DNA of 64,000 nt, taken from positions 2,240,001 through 2,304,000 of the forward strand of contig OZ243972.1 of NCBI GenBank assembly GCA_965214705.1, given 5' to 3'. This DNA comes from Alphaproteobacteria bacterium. GTDB taxonomy: Bacteria > Pseudomonadota > Alphaproteobacteria > UBA828. Below, piece after piece: positions 18,725-27,337 of the stretch. Made by a program: the position numbers and the translations under genes. Every line of letters starts with the position of its first letter. Position 1 is the first letter of the stretch. A model generated the notes under the pieces. The model ran no database searches, was not told where the DNA came from, and worked only from the letters and a program-made list of their open reading frames with translations.

Positions 18725-20083
18725 TCACGCCTTCCTCAGGCGCCGGCCGTACATCATGCGCCCGTAGAAGTTGAACCACTTCCGTGCCTCGGAATCCCGG
18801 AACGGATAGTCCGCACCCATCTGTCTCGCCGTAACGAGGCCGGAGACGAAACAGGTTTCCTGGCTGTTGATCAGGGTATGGGCGCCGCAGTGCCACGAGC
18901 GCCGCTTGCCCTGAATGAAGCGAAACAGGTGGATCAGAAGAGCCACGTGACGCACGTCGTGAACGATGTGCTGAAACCACCACGTCTTGACGATCTTTGC
19001 TTCGTCGATGCGGCTGATTGGATTATAGGTCACGAGGCACGGTTTATCGGATCGTTTCGCCCAAGGCTGCTGGTTGTGCATGATGTAAGTAATTTCATAA
19101 TTGTCGGGCCTTGTACCGTATTGCTCGATGTGATTGCTTCGGGAGGCGAGCGGTTCGACCTCGTTGTCCGGAAGAATTGATGCATCCGAATGAATGACCG
19201 TGTGGTTGTGGAGTTCGCTCTCGTAACGGATTGAAGAGAGAATATAGCTTTCCCATAACGTCGGTTTATCCAGCATCATCAACGTTTGGTTGGCGTTGCA
19301 CGCGAACACAACGTCGTCGAAGGTCTCCGTCTCCCCGTTCTCGTCCTCGACGACGACATCGGATGAGCGGCGATAGACTTTTCGAACCGGTCGGTCGAGG
19401 TAGATCTTGTCCCGAAAGGCGGCCGACATTTTCTCATAGATGCGCCGCGTGCCCCGGTCCCAGGTCTGCATCGGCGTCGCTTTCTCGATATCGAAGAACT
19501 CCAGGTATCGGGAAAAGAGGGACGCAGGCATGTCGAACACGTTGGTCGCCATCAGGAAGTTGACGAACATGGGTTTCAGTATCTTGTACCTGAAATCTCC
19601 AGAAAACCTGCCAAAGTTGAGAACAGTACCCATGCTGATGTAGTTGTACGGGTTGAGAGCATTGAGCAATCTTGACCTGGACCGGTTGAGTCGACCAAAC
19701 CACTTCAGTCGTCTCAGCACCTTCTGAAATTTCTCGATTTCCGGTTGCAATTGCCGCCTGATTTCCGAGTCGAAATCGTGGGCATAGACTTCACCGCGGT
19801 ACTTCACACTGTAGCTGAACCTGGTATCGACAAGCTCGATACCGTGTTGCTGCATGAACAGAACGATATGGTGGTAAACCGTGGGAATGCACGCGGTGAC
19901 GGAAATATCGAACGGAATCGAGGTCCCGTCGTCCTGCGGCATATCGGCCGTAATGGCATTTCCGCCGACCTGAGACTGCGCTTCGAACACGCGAAAATCG
20001 AATTGATCGGGGTGCCGATTCAGCGCCCACGCCACGCCTAGTCCCGAGACTCCCGCACCGATAATGGCAACCCGTCGTGGCAT
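18725..20083 (-). CDS. FAD-dependent oxidoreductase (amine-oxidase-like, COG2907-type)
   Basis: IIGAGVSG Rossmann motif, VIHSD, LVTYN, WHCGA; visibly more AT-rich than its neighbours. Confidence 0.82.
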   Translation of the reverse strand: MPRRVAIIGAGVSGLGVAWALNRHPDQFDFRVFEAQSQVGGNAITADMPQDDGTSIPFDISVTACIPTVYHHIVLFMQQHGIELVDTRFSYSVKYRGEVYAHDFDSEIRRQLQPEIEKFQKVLRRLKWFGRLNRSRSRLLNALNPYNYISMGTVLNFGRFSGDFRYKILKPMFVNFLMATNVFDMPASLFSRYLEFFDIEKATPMQTWDRGTRRIYEKMSAAFRDKIYLDRPVRKVYRRSSDVVVEDENGETETFDDVVFACNANQTLMMLDKPTLWESYILSSIRYESELHNHTVIHSDASILPDNEVEPLASRSNHIEQYGTRPDNYEITYIMHNQQPWAKRSDKPCLVTYNPISRIDEAKIVKTWWFQHIVHDVRHVALLIHLFRFIQGKRRSWHCGAHTLINSQETCFVSGLVTARQMGADYPFRDSEARKWFNFYGRMMYGRRLRKA

Positions 20084-20107
20084 CGCCGTCCCTCACAAAC
20101 GGAGTGG

Positions 20108-21184
20108 TTACACCAGCGGGATCACCTCGCGGGCGAAGCGTTCCATCGAGCGATGGCGGCTTTCGGCGGGTCGGCTGGGCTGCGCCGTGTTGATGGCGAA
20201 CTGGGTGATGCCGATCTCCCGGTAGCGCCGCACCTGGGCCGCCACCTGCTCGGGCGTGCCGACCAACTGGTGTTCGAGGAAAGGCGGCAGGTTGGCGGGA
20301 TCGGCCATCGCCTCCATCCGCTCCATCTGCTGCACGTTGCGCTCGTAGGTCGGCACATCCTTCCACGGGTTGGCATGGGTCTCGTAGTGCCGGACCACCG
20401 CGCGGAAGAAGGCCACGAGATAGGTGATCGCTTCGTCACGCGCTTCCTCTTCGCTGTCGGCGATAAAGCAGTGGATCCAGAGCGGGATGTTGGCGTCGGC
20501 CTGCCCGCCCTTGGACGCTGTGATCGCCTTCCACGCGGCGATGGCGTCGGTGTTCAGCTGGACGGGCGAGGCCGAGGTGCAGAGCAGCCCAAGGCCCATC
20601 TCCGCCATGCGCTCGGCGGTGCCGGGATTGTTGCAGGCGCCGTAGAGGTGGATGCGATCGCGCACCGGCCCCGGTCGGAGCGACACCTCGCGCGGGATGG
20701 TGGCGTGGGCGCCGTCGTAGCGGAAGGGGTCGCCGCCAAGCAGCCCCTGGGCGACCTCGCAATGCTCTTGGAAGAGCTCACGGGAATGCGCCATGTCGAT
20801 GGCGCGCGCGTCGTATTCGATCCGGGCCACGCCGCGACCGAGGCCGATATGCAGGTCGGCGTCGGTCATCAGGCTCAGCATCGCCAGGTCTTCGGCGAAC
20901 CGCACCGGCTCGTACCAGGGCAGCACGATGACGGCGGTGCCGAGCCCCAAGCCGGGACAGGCCGCCGCCACGTGGCTCAGGAAGAGCAGCGGCGAGGGCG
21001 AGGGATAGTAGTCGGTAAAGTGGTGCTCCAGCACCCAGACGCTGCCGAAACCGAGTGCTTGCCCGAAACGACAGTCGTCCAGCATCTCGCGGTAGCGCTG
21101 CCGGTCGCCGGCGGCGCCGTCCTGCTCGGCCGGCATCACCGGGCCCACGGTGAAGCCGAAGGCCGGATTACCCCGTTCGCTCAT
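20108..21184 (-). CDS. Luciferase-like (LLM) flavin-dependent oxidoreductase
   Basis: VWVLEHHF, GTAVIVLP, GLGRG, LVGTPEQV, FAREVIP. Confidence 0.9.
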   Translation of the reverse strand: MSERGNPAFGFTVGPVMPAEQDGAAGDRQRYREMLDDCRFGQALGFGSVWVLEHHFTDYYPSPSPLLFLSHVAAACPGLGLGTAVIVLPWYEPVRFAEDLAMLSLMTDADLHIGLGRGVARIEYDARAIDMAHSRELFQEHCEVAQGLLGGDPFRYDGAHATIPREVSLRPGPVRDRIHLYGACNNPGTAERMAEMGLGLLCTSASPVQLNTDAIAAWKAITASKGGQADANIPLWIHCFIADSEEEARDEAITYLVAFFRAVVRHYETHANPWKDVPTYERNVQQMERMEAMADPANLPPFLEHQLVGTPEQVAAQVRRYREIGITQFAINTAQPSRPAESRHRSMERFAREVIPLV

Positions 21185-21288
21185 GCCCGAGTCCTAACGG
21201 ACCCAGCGTGTACACCACAAGCGGCGCGAAGAGCCGCGGCGCCGGGCCGCCGGGCCCATGCGCCGACTCTCCGCGACTCTCGGCAGCG

Positions 21289-21801
21289 CTATTGGGTGAT
21301 GACGCCGCAGGCGATGCGGGGCCCGGCCGCGCCCGCAGGATCGGACACGTAGTCATCGGGGCCGTCGTGAATCACGATCGCCGCGCCGTCCTCGTCAAAG
21401 AGCGAAGCATCCAGCCGCAGCTGCGTGTTCAGCACCTCGATTTCCAGCGCGCCCGAGTCCGGCACGTGGATGTTGGGCATGTCGCCCGCGTGCATCCCCT
21501 CGGCATTGTCGATCCCGTGCTTCGCACCCGTCGGATTGAAGTGACCGCCCGCCGACTTGAAGGGCGGCTCGCACTTGCCGACCGTATGAACGTGGAACGC
21601 ATGGGCGCCAGCCGGCAGGTTCTCCAGCTTCGCGTGTAACAGCGTGCCCTGCGGCGTCTCACGCAGCGTGACCGCGCCGACGGAGTCTCCGTTCGCGTTC
21701 ATCATTGCAGCACTCGCCTGGTCTGCCGCGCCCGCCATCTGGGACGTCGCTGCCAATGCCATGCCGGCCACAAGAATGGTGACTGCAATCAGCTTCGTCA
21801 T
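21289..21801 (-). CDS. sodC: Periplasmic Cu/Zn superoxide dismutase
   Basis: Signal peptide; FHVH, SAGGHFNP, KHG, HAGDMPN, IVIH, RIACGVI (metal ligands and disulfide present). Confidence 0.95.
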   Translation of the reverse strand: MTKLIAVTILVAGMALAATSQMAGAADQASAAMMNANGDSVGAVTLRETPQGTLLHAKLENLPAGAHAFHVHTVGKCEPPFKSAGGHFNPTGAKHGIDNAEGMHAGDMPNIHVPDSGALEIEVLNTQLRLDASLFDEDGAAIVIHDGPDDYVSDPAGAAGPRIACGVITQ

Positions 21802-21917
21802 TGTCCTGTCCTCGTCGTTAGCGTCTTTGTACCAGATGAATGTTATCACCGCCGGCCCGAGTTCGACTGTCTGGTCCCTGCCGCGTCGGGAAAAACGCAC
21901 TCGCCCCTGTACCGGCT

Positions 21918-22400
21918 CTAAAAGATGCCGTTGGCCTTCTGCAGCTCGCGCACGTAGCGCGTGATCTTGATGACGTCCCCGTCCGAGACGCCCTCGACCG
22001 GCGGCATGTCGCCGAAGTTCCAGTGGTGGGCGCGAACGCCCTGCCGCGCAGCCAGGCGGAACGACATGTCGCCGTGGTGATTGGGTTCGTAGATGCGGTG
22101 GACCAGCGGCGGCCCCTGGTCCGAGCCTGTCGCGTGGGTGCCGTGACAGGTCACGCAGTTCTCCTCGAACAGCGCGTGGCCGGCCTCCGCCTGGGCAGTG
22201 AAGGCCGGGATGGTCAGTGCCGCACGTCCATCGCCGTGCTGCGCGTGGTCGTCGTCGAACCATTGCAGCCATCCCACCACGCCCACGACCACCGCCGCCG
22301 CGATGACGACGAGGTAGAGCTTGTCTGTCAGCTTCTTCCTCTTGGTTCGGCTTGAGGAAGCGGACCCGCGAGGTCGGCGAGGATTGGGGCTTTTCTTCAT
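21918..22400 (-). CDS. Membrane-anchored monoheme cytochrome c, His-rich
   Basis: N-terminal TM helix, CVTCH, distal GDMPP; 4-bp overlap with the cueR stop. Confidence 0.87.
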   Translation of the reverse strand: MKKSPNPRRPRGSASSSRTKRKKLTDKLYLVVIAAAVVVGVVGWLQWFDDDHAQHGDGRAALTIPAFTAQAEAGHALFEENCVTCHGTHATGSDQGPPLVHRIYEPNHHGDMSFRLAARQGVRAHHWNFGDMPPVEGVSDGDVIKITRYVRELQKANGIF

Positions 22401-22801
22401 TGTGCGTCTCCCGCAGACGGGCCTGCGAGGTCGTCCAGAATGGGACAATCCGGCCGCTCGTCGCCGTGGCAGCGCGCTACGAGGGTTGCGAGCGTGCCGC
22501 GCAGCCCTTCGAGCTCGGCGATCTTGTGGTCTATGCGGCGCAGATGGGCCTCGGCCAGCGCTTTGACATCGGCGCTGGCACGCGCGCGGTCCTCGTAGAG
22601 CGAAAGCAGCGTGCGGCACTCCTCGATCGAGAACCCGAGGGAGCGTGCGCGGGCGAGGAACCTCAGCTTGTGCACGTCGGTTTCGACGAACGCGCGGTAG
22701 CCGTTCGTGCCCCGCGCCGGCCGCACCAGGCCGATGTCCTCGTAATAGCGGATCGTCTTTGCCGAGAGCCCGCTCGCTTGTGCGACGTCGGCTATCTTCA
22801 T
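22397..22801 (-). CDS. cueR: Cu(I)-responsive MerR-family regulator
   Basis: TIRYYE HTH, RSLGFS, CHGDERPDCPIL metal loop; GGAGG RBS. Confidence 0.95.
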   Translation of the reverse strand: MKIADVAQASGLSAKTIRYYEDIGLVRPARGTNGYRAFVETDVHKLRFLARARSLGFSIEECRTLLSLYEDRARASADVKALAEAHLRRIDHKIAELEGLRGTLATLVARCHGDERPDCPILDDLAGPSAGDAQ

Positions 22802-22819
22802 GGCCACCTCCGCGACCCC

Positions 22820-22850
22820 TTCGTACAGGTTCCAGCCACAGGAAGGTCAA
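22820..22850 (-). promoter_or_regulatory. CueR-type promoter/operator for cueR-cytC-sodC
   Basis: Minus strand reads TTGACC, 19 bp (TTCCTGTGGCTGGAACCTG), TACGAA; TTCC-N7-GGAA dyad. Confidence 0.8.
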
Positions 22851-22861
22851 CACACCACTGC

Positions 22862-22892
22862 TTGACCTTCCAGTCACTGGAAACCCTACATT
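22862..22892 (+). promoter_or_regulatory. CueR-type promoter/operator for copA
   Basis: TTGACC, 19 bp, TACATT, with perfect dyad TTCCAGT-C-ACTGGAA at 22868-22882. Confidence 0.92.
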
Positions 22893-22979
22893 CCTGAGTC
22901 ACAACCCATCTTTGCCATTTTGGCGCGCGCCTGCGACCTAAGTAGTTGCGATGATGGGCTGATTTTCTGGCCCATCTGG

Positions 22980-22993
22980 GATTATGGCACTAC
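22980..22993. repeat. Internal 14-bp direct repeat of the IS, copy 1 (GATTATGGCACTAC)
   Basis: Exact match to 24889-24902. Confidence 0.9.
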
Positions 22994-23003
22994 GTTTGTG
23001 CGC

Positions 23004-24830
23004 TCATCGCGACACTCCCGGGAGCACGGCCCGGCGCCTGTGGGGATCCACCGTGAGGCCCGCCGCCTGCGCGATGACGCGCGCCTCGGCGTCGGGTTGA
23101 GCATCCTGGCGGATGACGATGCGGTTTCCGTCCACCTCCCGGATGGTGGAGGTGAGACGCACCCAGCCCGCGAGCTTGTCGCGGATCGTACTCCAGCGGT
23201 CATGCAAGCCGTGCGCCGCCAGACGGGTTCGCAGCAGATGAACCGCGTGGTAGGCGAGGACGGCGATGAACAGGTGGGCGGCGATGCGCGAGGTCTTGGA
23301 GTGCCAGACCGGGCGCAGGCCGATTTCGGATTTCAGGCTGCGGAAGGTGGCCTCGAGCTCTGTGAGCTTCCAGTAGGTTCGGACCACGGTTTCAAGATCC
23401 CACTCGACGTGGCTGGTGCGCAGCACATAGATGCCCGCTTGGCGGTCGCGCTCGGCATGGAGAGCGTTGCGCCTCCAGCGGACCGCACTGGCCCGCCCCT
23501 TCTCTCCGGGCTCGACCTCGATGTCGTACTGACGGTGGACGCGCCTGTACCTTTCCTTCAGCCGGCCCAGCTTCTCCATCACCTTGGTGAACTGCTTGAT
23601 GTGGTTCTTCTTCGACAGCCCGCCATGCAGGGCGCGCAGGGCGTCCTCGAAGTTGTGACGCTGACGGGCGAGCACGGCCTCGTCCTTCTGCTGGCGCTCA
23701 TGGCTCCAGACGCACAGGTGCGCTTCGTCGTCCCCTGCCGCGAGACGCCAGGCGCGGGCATCGTGGCCGGCCCGGGTTTCGAAGGCGGCATCGGCTTCGC
23801 GCCCGGGCGGCGCCGAGACGCCGCGGCGAACGGTGATCCAGTGATAGCCGCCCGCCCGCAGCCAGGCGAGGTTGGCCTCGGTGGAGATGCCGGCGTCCAT
23901 GATGACCGTGGGCCTGGGGGCGTTGCTGCCGCGCGCTTGGCATTCCAGCCGCCCGATGGCGTCGGCGAGAGTGGCCGGCTCGGAGATGTTGCCGGGCAGG
24001 ATCTCGCTGTGCTGCGGAAAGCCGGCCTGGTTCAGCGACAGGGCCAGGGTCACGATCGGACAATCGTCACGCCTCTGCTTCGAGCGCCCGAAGCGGGCCA
24101 GCGCGGAGCTGGGCCGTCCGGTCATATGGGTGTTGGTCAGGTCGAAGAAGACGATGGTGTCGGGGATGCCGAAGAGATCGCGCTCCCGGGCGCACAGCGC
24201 CTCTTCAAGCGCCGCGCGGTGACGCCACAAGAGGTCGCCGATGCGGTAGAGCTTGCTGAGCGTGAGCGACTTGCCGCTGTCGACATCGAGCAACTCCAGG
24301 GTCGCGCTGTTCGCGCTCAGCCAGCGGAAGGCCTCGCGCTCGCTGGAGGGATGGATCATGCGCGCGACCACCAGTGCCGCCGCGATGCGTGCGTCGCGCT
24401 CACTTGCGCCCAGCCTCTCCAGCGTCTCGATGAAGCGAAGGTCGTCAAGCGCGGCGAGAGCCAGGCGCTCGCAGCCCACCGAGCGGACCTGTTCGTGGGA
24501 GAGGCTATCGAGACGGACCGTGGCCAGGTCGCTCTCGTCCCCGGGCCGCGACGCGCCGAGATCGCGGGCGTGAAGCCGCCGTACGACGTCCTCGGCGACG
24601 GGGCGCAAGGCGGCATCCGGCTCCAGCAGCGGCTCGCTGCCGGCGAGAAGGGTTTCGATCAGAAGCGCCAATTCGCGCCATTGCTCCTCGGGCACACCGA
24701 AGTCGGCGCCGAGATTGAGGAGCGTGACCTGGCGCACCCTTCCGCCGATGCGTTCGCTGCGCACGAGGCGGTAGGTGGCATAGCGCTCGCCACCGTCTCC
24801 GCGACCGGTGAGGGTTTTGCGAATGAACAT
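23004..24830 (-). CDS. IS1634-family DDE transposase (608 aa)
   Basis: MFIRK start, FFDLTNT (D), FGRSKQRRDDCP, IMDAGI (D), ELEATFRSLKS (E), LRPVWH. Confidence 0.92.
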   Translation of the reverse strand: MFIRKTLTGRGDGGERYATYRLVRSERIGGRVRQVTLLNLGADFGVPEEQWRELALLIETLLAGSEPLLEPDAALRPVAEDVVRRLHARDLGASRPGDESDLATVRLDSLSHEQVRSVGCERLALAALDDLRFIETLERLGASERDARIAAALVVARMIHPSSEREAFRWLSANSATLELLDVDSGKSLTLSKLYRIGDLLWRHRAALEEALCARERDLFGIPDTIVFFDLTNTHMTGRPSSALARFGRSKQRRDDCPIVTLALSLNQAGFPQHSEILPGNISEPATLADAIGRLECQARGSNAPRPTVIMDAGISTEANLAWLRAGGYHWITVRRGVSAPPGREADAAFETRAGHDARAWRLAAGDDEAHLCVWSHERQQKDEAVLARQRHNFEDALRALHGGLSKKNHIKQFTKVMEKLGRLKERYRRVHRQYDIEVEPGEKGRASAVRWRRNALHAERDRQAGIYVLRTSHVEWDLETVVRTYWKLTELEATFRSLKSEIGLRPVWHSKTSRIAAHLFIAVLAYHAVHLLRTRLAAHGLHDRWSTIRDKLAGWVRLTSTIREVDGNRIVIRQDAQPDAEARVIAQAAGLTVDPHRRRAVLPGVSR

Positions 24831-24836
24831 GGCGGC

Positions 24837-24865
24837 AGGGTCACGGACAGTTTGCGGACTGTCAA
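24837..24865 (-). promoter_or_regulatory. Putative leaderless transposase promoter
   Basis: Minus strand TTGACA, 17 bp, GACCCT, 6 nt, ATG; dyad GACAGT-N6-ACTGTC overlaps the -35 box. Confidence 0.55.
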
Positions 24866-24888
24866 GGAGCGCCGGCCCACAGACCAAA

Positions 24889-24902
24889 GATTATGGCACT
24901 AC
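24889..24902. repeat. Internal 14-bp direct repeat of the IS, copy 2
   Basis: Exact match to 22980-22993. Confidence 0.9.
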
Positions 24903-25023
24903 AATGGACTTCCCAAAACACAATCCAACAAAATCAGTGCCTTAGATCCCAAAGGCTACCCAAAATCAGGCCTTCGGGACCGAAAAGTGGCAAAGATGGG
25001 ACAAAGTCCACAAGGGGTTTGCG

Positions 25024-27330
25024 GTGGAACCGGCAGCGACGGTCGAGGAGACGGCGCGCGATCCCGTTTGCGGGATGAGCGTGGAGTGTGCCGGCGCGCG
25101 CCACACGGTGCGGCACGAAGGGCAGACGTACTATTTCTGCTGTGCCCGGTGTCGGGAGCGCTTTGCCGCGGCGCCCGAGGATTTCCTCGGCGAACGCCCG
25201 GCGCCGGAGCCCGCGCCCGAGGGCAGCCTCTATACCTGCCCGATGGACCCCGAGATCGTGCAACCTACGCCGGGCGACTGCCCCATCTGCGGCATGGCGC
25301 TGGAGCCCATGGTGCCGGTGGCCGACGAGGGGCCATCGCCCGAGCTTCGCGACCTGCGCCGACGGCTCTGGCTTGCCGCACCGCTCGCGGCCGCCGTGTT
25401 CGCGCTGGACATGGGGAGCCACGCCGGCATTCCCTTCGACTCCTGGCTCGGGCCGCGCGTCTTTATTGCCCTCCAGTTCTTGCTCGCGACACCGGTGCTC
25501 TGGATCGCGCGCGCGTTCTTCCTGCGCGGCCTCGCCTCGGTGCGCAATCGCTCGCCAAACATGTGGACGCTGATCGCGCTCGGCACCGGCGCCGCCTGGC
25601 TCTTCAGCCTCGCAGGTCTGCTCGCGCCGGGCATCTTCCCCGAAGCGGTTCTCACCGCAGGCGGGCAGCCACCGGCCTACTTCGAGGCCGCCGCGGTGAT
25701 CCTCGTGCTCGTGCTAGTCGGTCAGGTGATGGAGACGGTTGCCCGTGAGCGGACGGGCGATGCGATCCGCGCGCTCATGGGGCTCGCGCCGAAGACGGCA
25801 CGCAGATTGGAAGAAGAGGGCGAGTCCGACGTGCCCCTCGACGACGTGCGCCCCGGCGACCGGCTGCGGGTGCGGCCCGGCGAGAGCGTGCCCGTGGATG
25901 GCGTGGTGACAGAGGGCCGCGCCACCCTCGACGAGAGCATGATTACCGGCGAGTCGCTCCCGGTGGAGAAAGGGCCGGGCGATCCGCTGACCGGCGGCAC
26001 GCTCGCCAGGTCCGGCAGCCTGGTGATGCGGGCGGAGCGGGTCGGCGCTGAGACCACGCTCGCCCGCATCGTCGCCCTGGTGGCGAAGGCGCAGCGCAGC
26101 CGCGCGCCGATCCAGGCGCTGGCGGACCGGGTCGCCGGCATGTTCGTGCCGGCCGTGGTCGCCGTCGCCGTGCTGGCAGCCATCGGCTGGGCCGTGGCCG
26201 GTCCGTCGCCCGCTCTGGCCTACGCGCTGACCGCAGCCGTAAGCGTGCTCATCATCGCCTGCCCGTGCGCGCTCGGCCTGGCGACGCCGATGTCGATCAT
26301 GGTGGCCGCCGGGCGCGGCGCCCAGGCGGGCGTGCTGGTGCGCGACGCCGAGGCCCTGGAGCGTCTCGCCAAGGCGGACCTGCTCGTCGTCGACAAGACC
26401 GGCACGCTCACCGAGGGACGTCCCGCCGTGACCGACGTCATTCCGCTGGGCGACGCCCATCGACCGAGGCTGCTCGCGCTCGCGGCGGCGCTGGAGCGGA
26501 GCGCCCAGCACCCGCTCGCCGAAGCGGTCGTCGAGGCGGCGGAGGCGGCAGGCGCCCCATACCTCACGGCGAGCGGCGTGGAGTCCGTGGCCGGCAGGGG
26601 CGTGCACGGGCAAGTCGAGGGCCGCGGGGTCGCGCTCGGCAATGCCGCCATGATGAAAGCACTGGGTATCCCGCTGGGCGAACAAGCAGACGAGGCAGAA
26701 GCGTTGGAGGACGCCGGCAAGACCGCGATGTATGTCGCGGTAGACGGCGTGCTCGCAGGCGTGATCGCGGTTGCCGACACGGTGCGGGAGACCGCGCCCG
26801 AGGCCCTGCGCGCCCTCGAGGCGATGGGCCTCAAGGTCGTCATGGCGACCGGCGACAGCCCCCGCGTCGCCGGGACCGTCGCCGCCGCTTTGGGTATCGA
26901 TGAGGTGCACGCCGCGCTCGGGCCGGAAGAGAAAGGCGCGCTGGTCGAGCAGTTCAGCCAACAGGGCCGCACCGTCGCCATGGCCGGCGACGGGGTGAAC
27001 GATGCGCCGGCGCTGGCCCTGGCCGATGTCGGTATCGCCTTGGGCACCGGCGCCGACATCGCGATGGAGAGCGCCGGCATCACGCTGGTCAAGGGCGACC
27101 TGCGCGGCATCGTGCGCGCCCGCAGGCTGGCACGGGCGACCATGGGCAACGTGCGCCAGAACCTCTTCCTCGCCTTCGTCTATAACGCGGCGGCCATCCC
27201 CATCGCTGCCGGCGTGCTGTTCCCCCCGTTCGGCATCCTGCTTTCGCCCATGATCGCCGCCGCCGTGATGAGCCTTTCCTCCGTCTCGGTCATCGGCAAC
27301 GCGCTCCGCCTCCGCGCGGCGCGGGTCTGA
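25024..27330 (+). CDS. copA: Cu(I)-translocating P1B-type ATPase with YHS domain
   Basis: DPVCGM/YYFC YHS domain, YTCPM..CPICGMAL, TGES, CPC, DKTGT, GDGVND, YN and MSLSS transmembrane ligands. Confidence 0.95.
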   Translation: MEPAATVEETARDPVCGMSVECAGARHTVRHEGQTYYFCCARCRERFAAAPEDFLGERPAPEPAPEGSLYTCPMDPEIVQPTPGDCPICGMALEPMVPVADEGPSPELRDLRRRLWLAAPLAAAVFALDMGSHAGIPFDSWLGPRVFIALQFLLATPVLWIARAFFLRGLASVRNRSPNMWTLIALGTGAAWLFSLAGLLAPGIFPEAVLTAGGQPPAYFEAAAVILVLVLVGQVMETVARERTGDAIRALMGLAPKTARRLEEEGESDVPLDDVRPGDRLRVRPGESVPVDGVVTEGRATLDESMITGESLPVEKGPGDPLTGGTLARSGSLVMRAERVGAETTLARIVALVAKAQRSRAPIQALADRVAGMFVPAVVAVAVLAAIGWAVAGPSPALAYALTAAVSVLIIACPCALGLATPMSIMVAAGRGAQAGVLVRDAEALERLAKADLLVVDKTGTLTEGRPAVTDVIPLGDAHRPRLLALAAALERSAQHPLAEAVVEAAEAAGAPYLTASGVESVAGRGVHGQVEGRGVALGNAAMMKALGIPLGEQADEAEALEDAGKTAMYVAVDGVLAGVIAVADTVRETAPEALRALEAMGLKVVMATGDSPRVAGTVAAALGIDEVHAALGPEEKGALVEQFSQQGRTVAMAGDGVNDAPALALADVGIALGTGADIAMESAGITLVKGDLRGIVRARRLARATMGNVRQNLFLAFVYNAAAIPIAAGVLFPPFGILLSPMIAAAVMSLSSVSVIGNALRLRAARV

Positions 27331-27337
27331 GGGTGGC

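Larger units (their letters stand above)
22905..25000 (-). mobile_element. IS1634-family insertion sequence (2096 bp)
   Basis: TIR CCCATCTTTGCCA at 22905-22917 and its complement at 24988-25000; ACAA duplicated at 22901-22904 and 25001-25004. Confidence 0.9.

Noticed and set aside
21802-22877. Apparent long versions of sodC (327 aa) and cytochrome c (319 aa)
   Set aside because: The extensions overlap neighbouring genes; signal/TM segments and RBS positions support starts at 21801 and 22400.
22980-24902. 14-bp repeats read as CRISPR repeats or as the IS target duplication
   Set aside because: Only two copies 1.9 kb apart, no cas genes, and they lie inside the TIRs; the target duplication is ACAA.
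22920-25748. 942-aa plus-strand ORF across the IS and into copA
   Set aside because: Antisense to the transposase and out of frame with copA; no motifs; crosses the IS boundary; typical high-GC shadow ORF.
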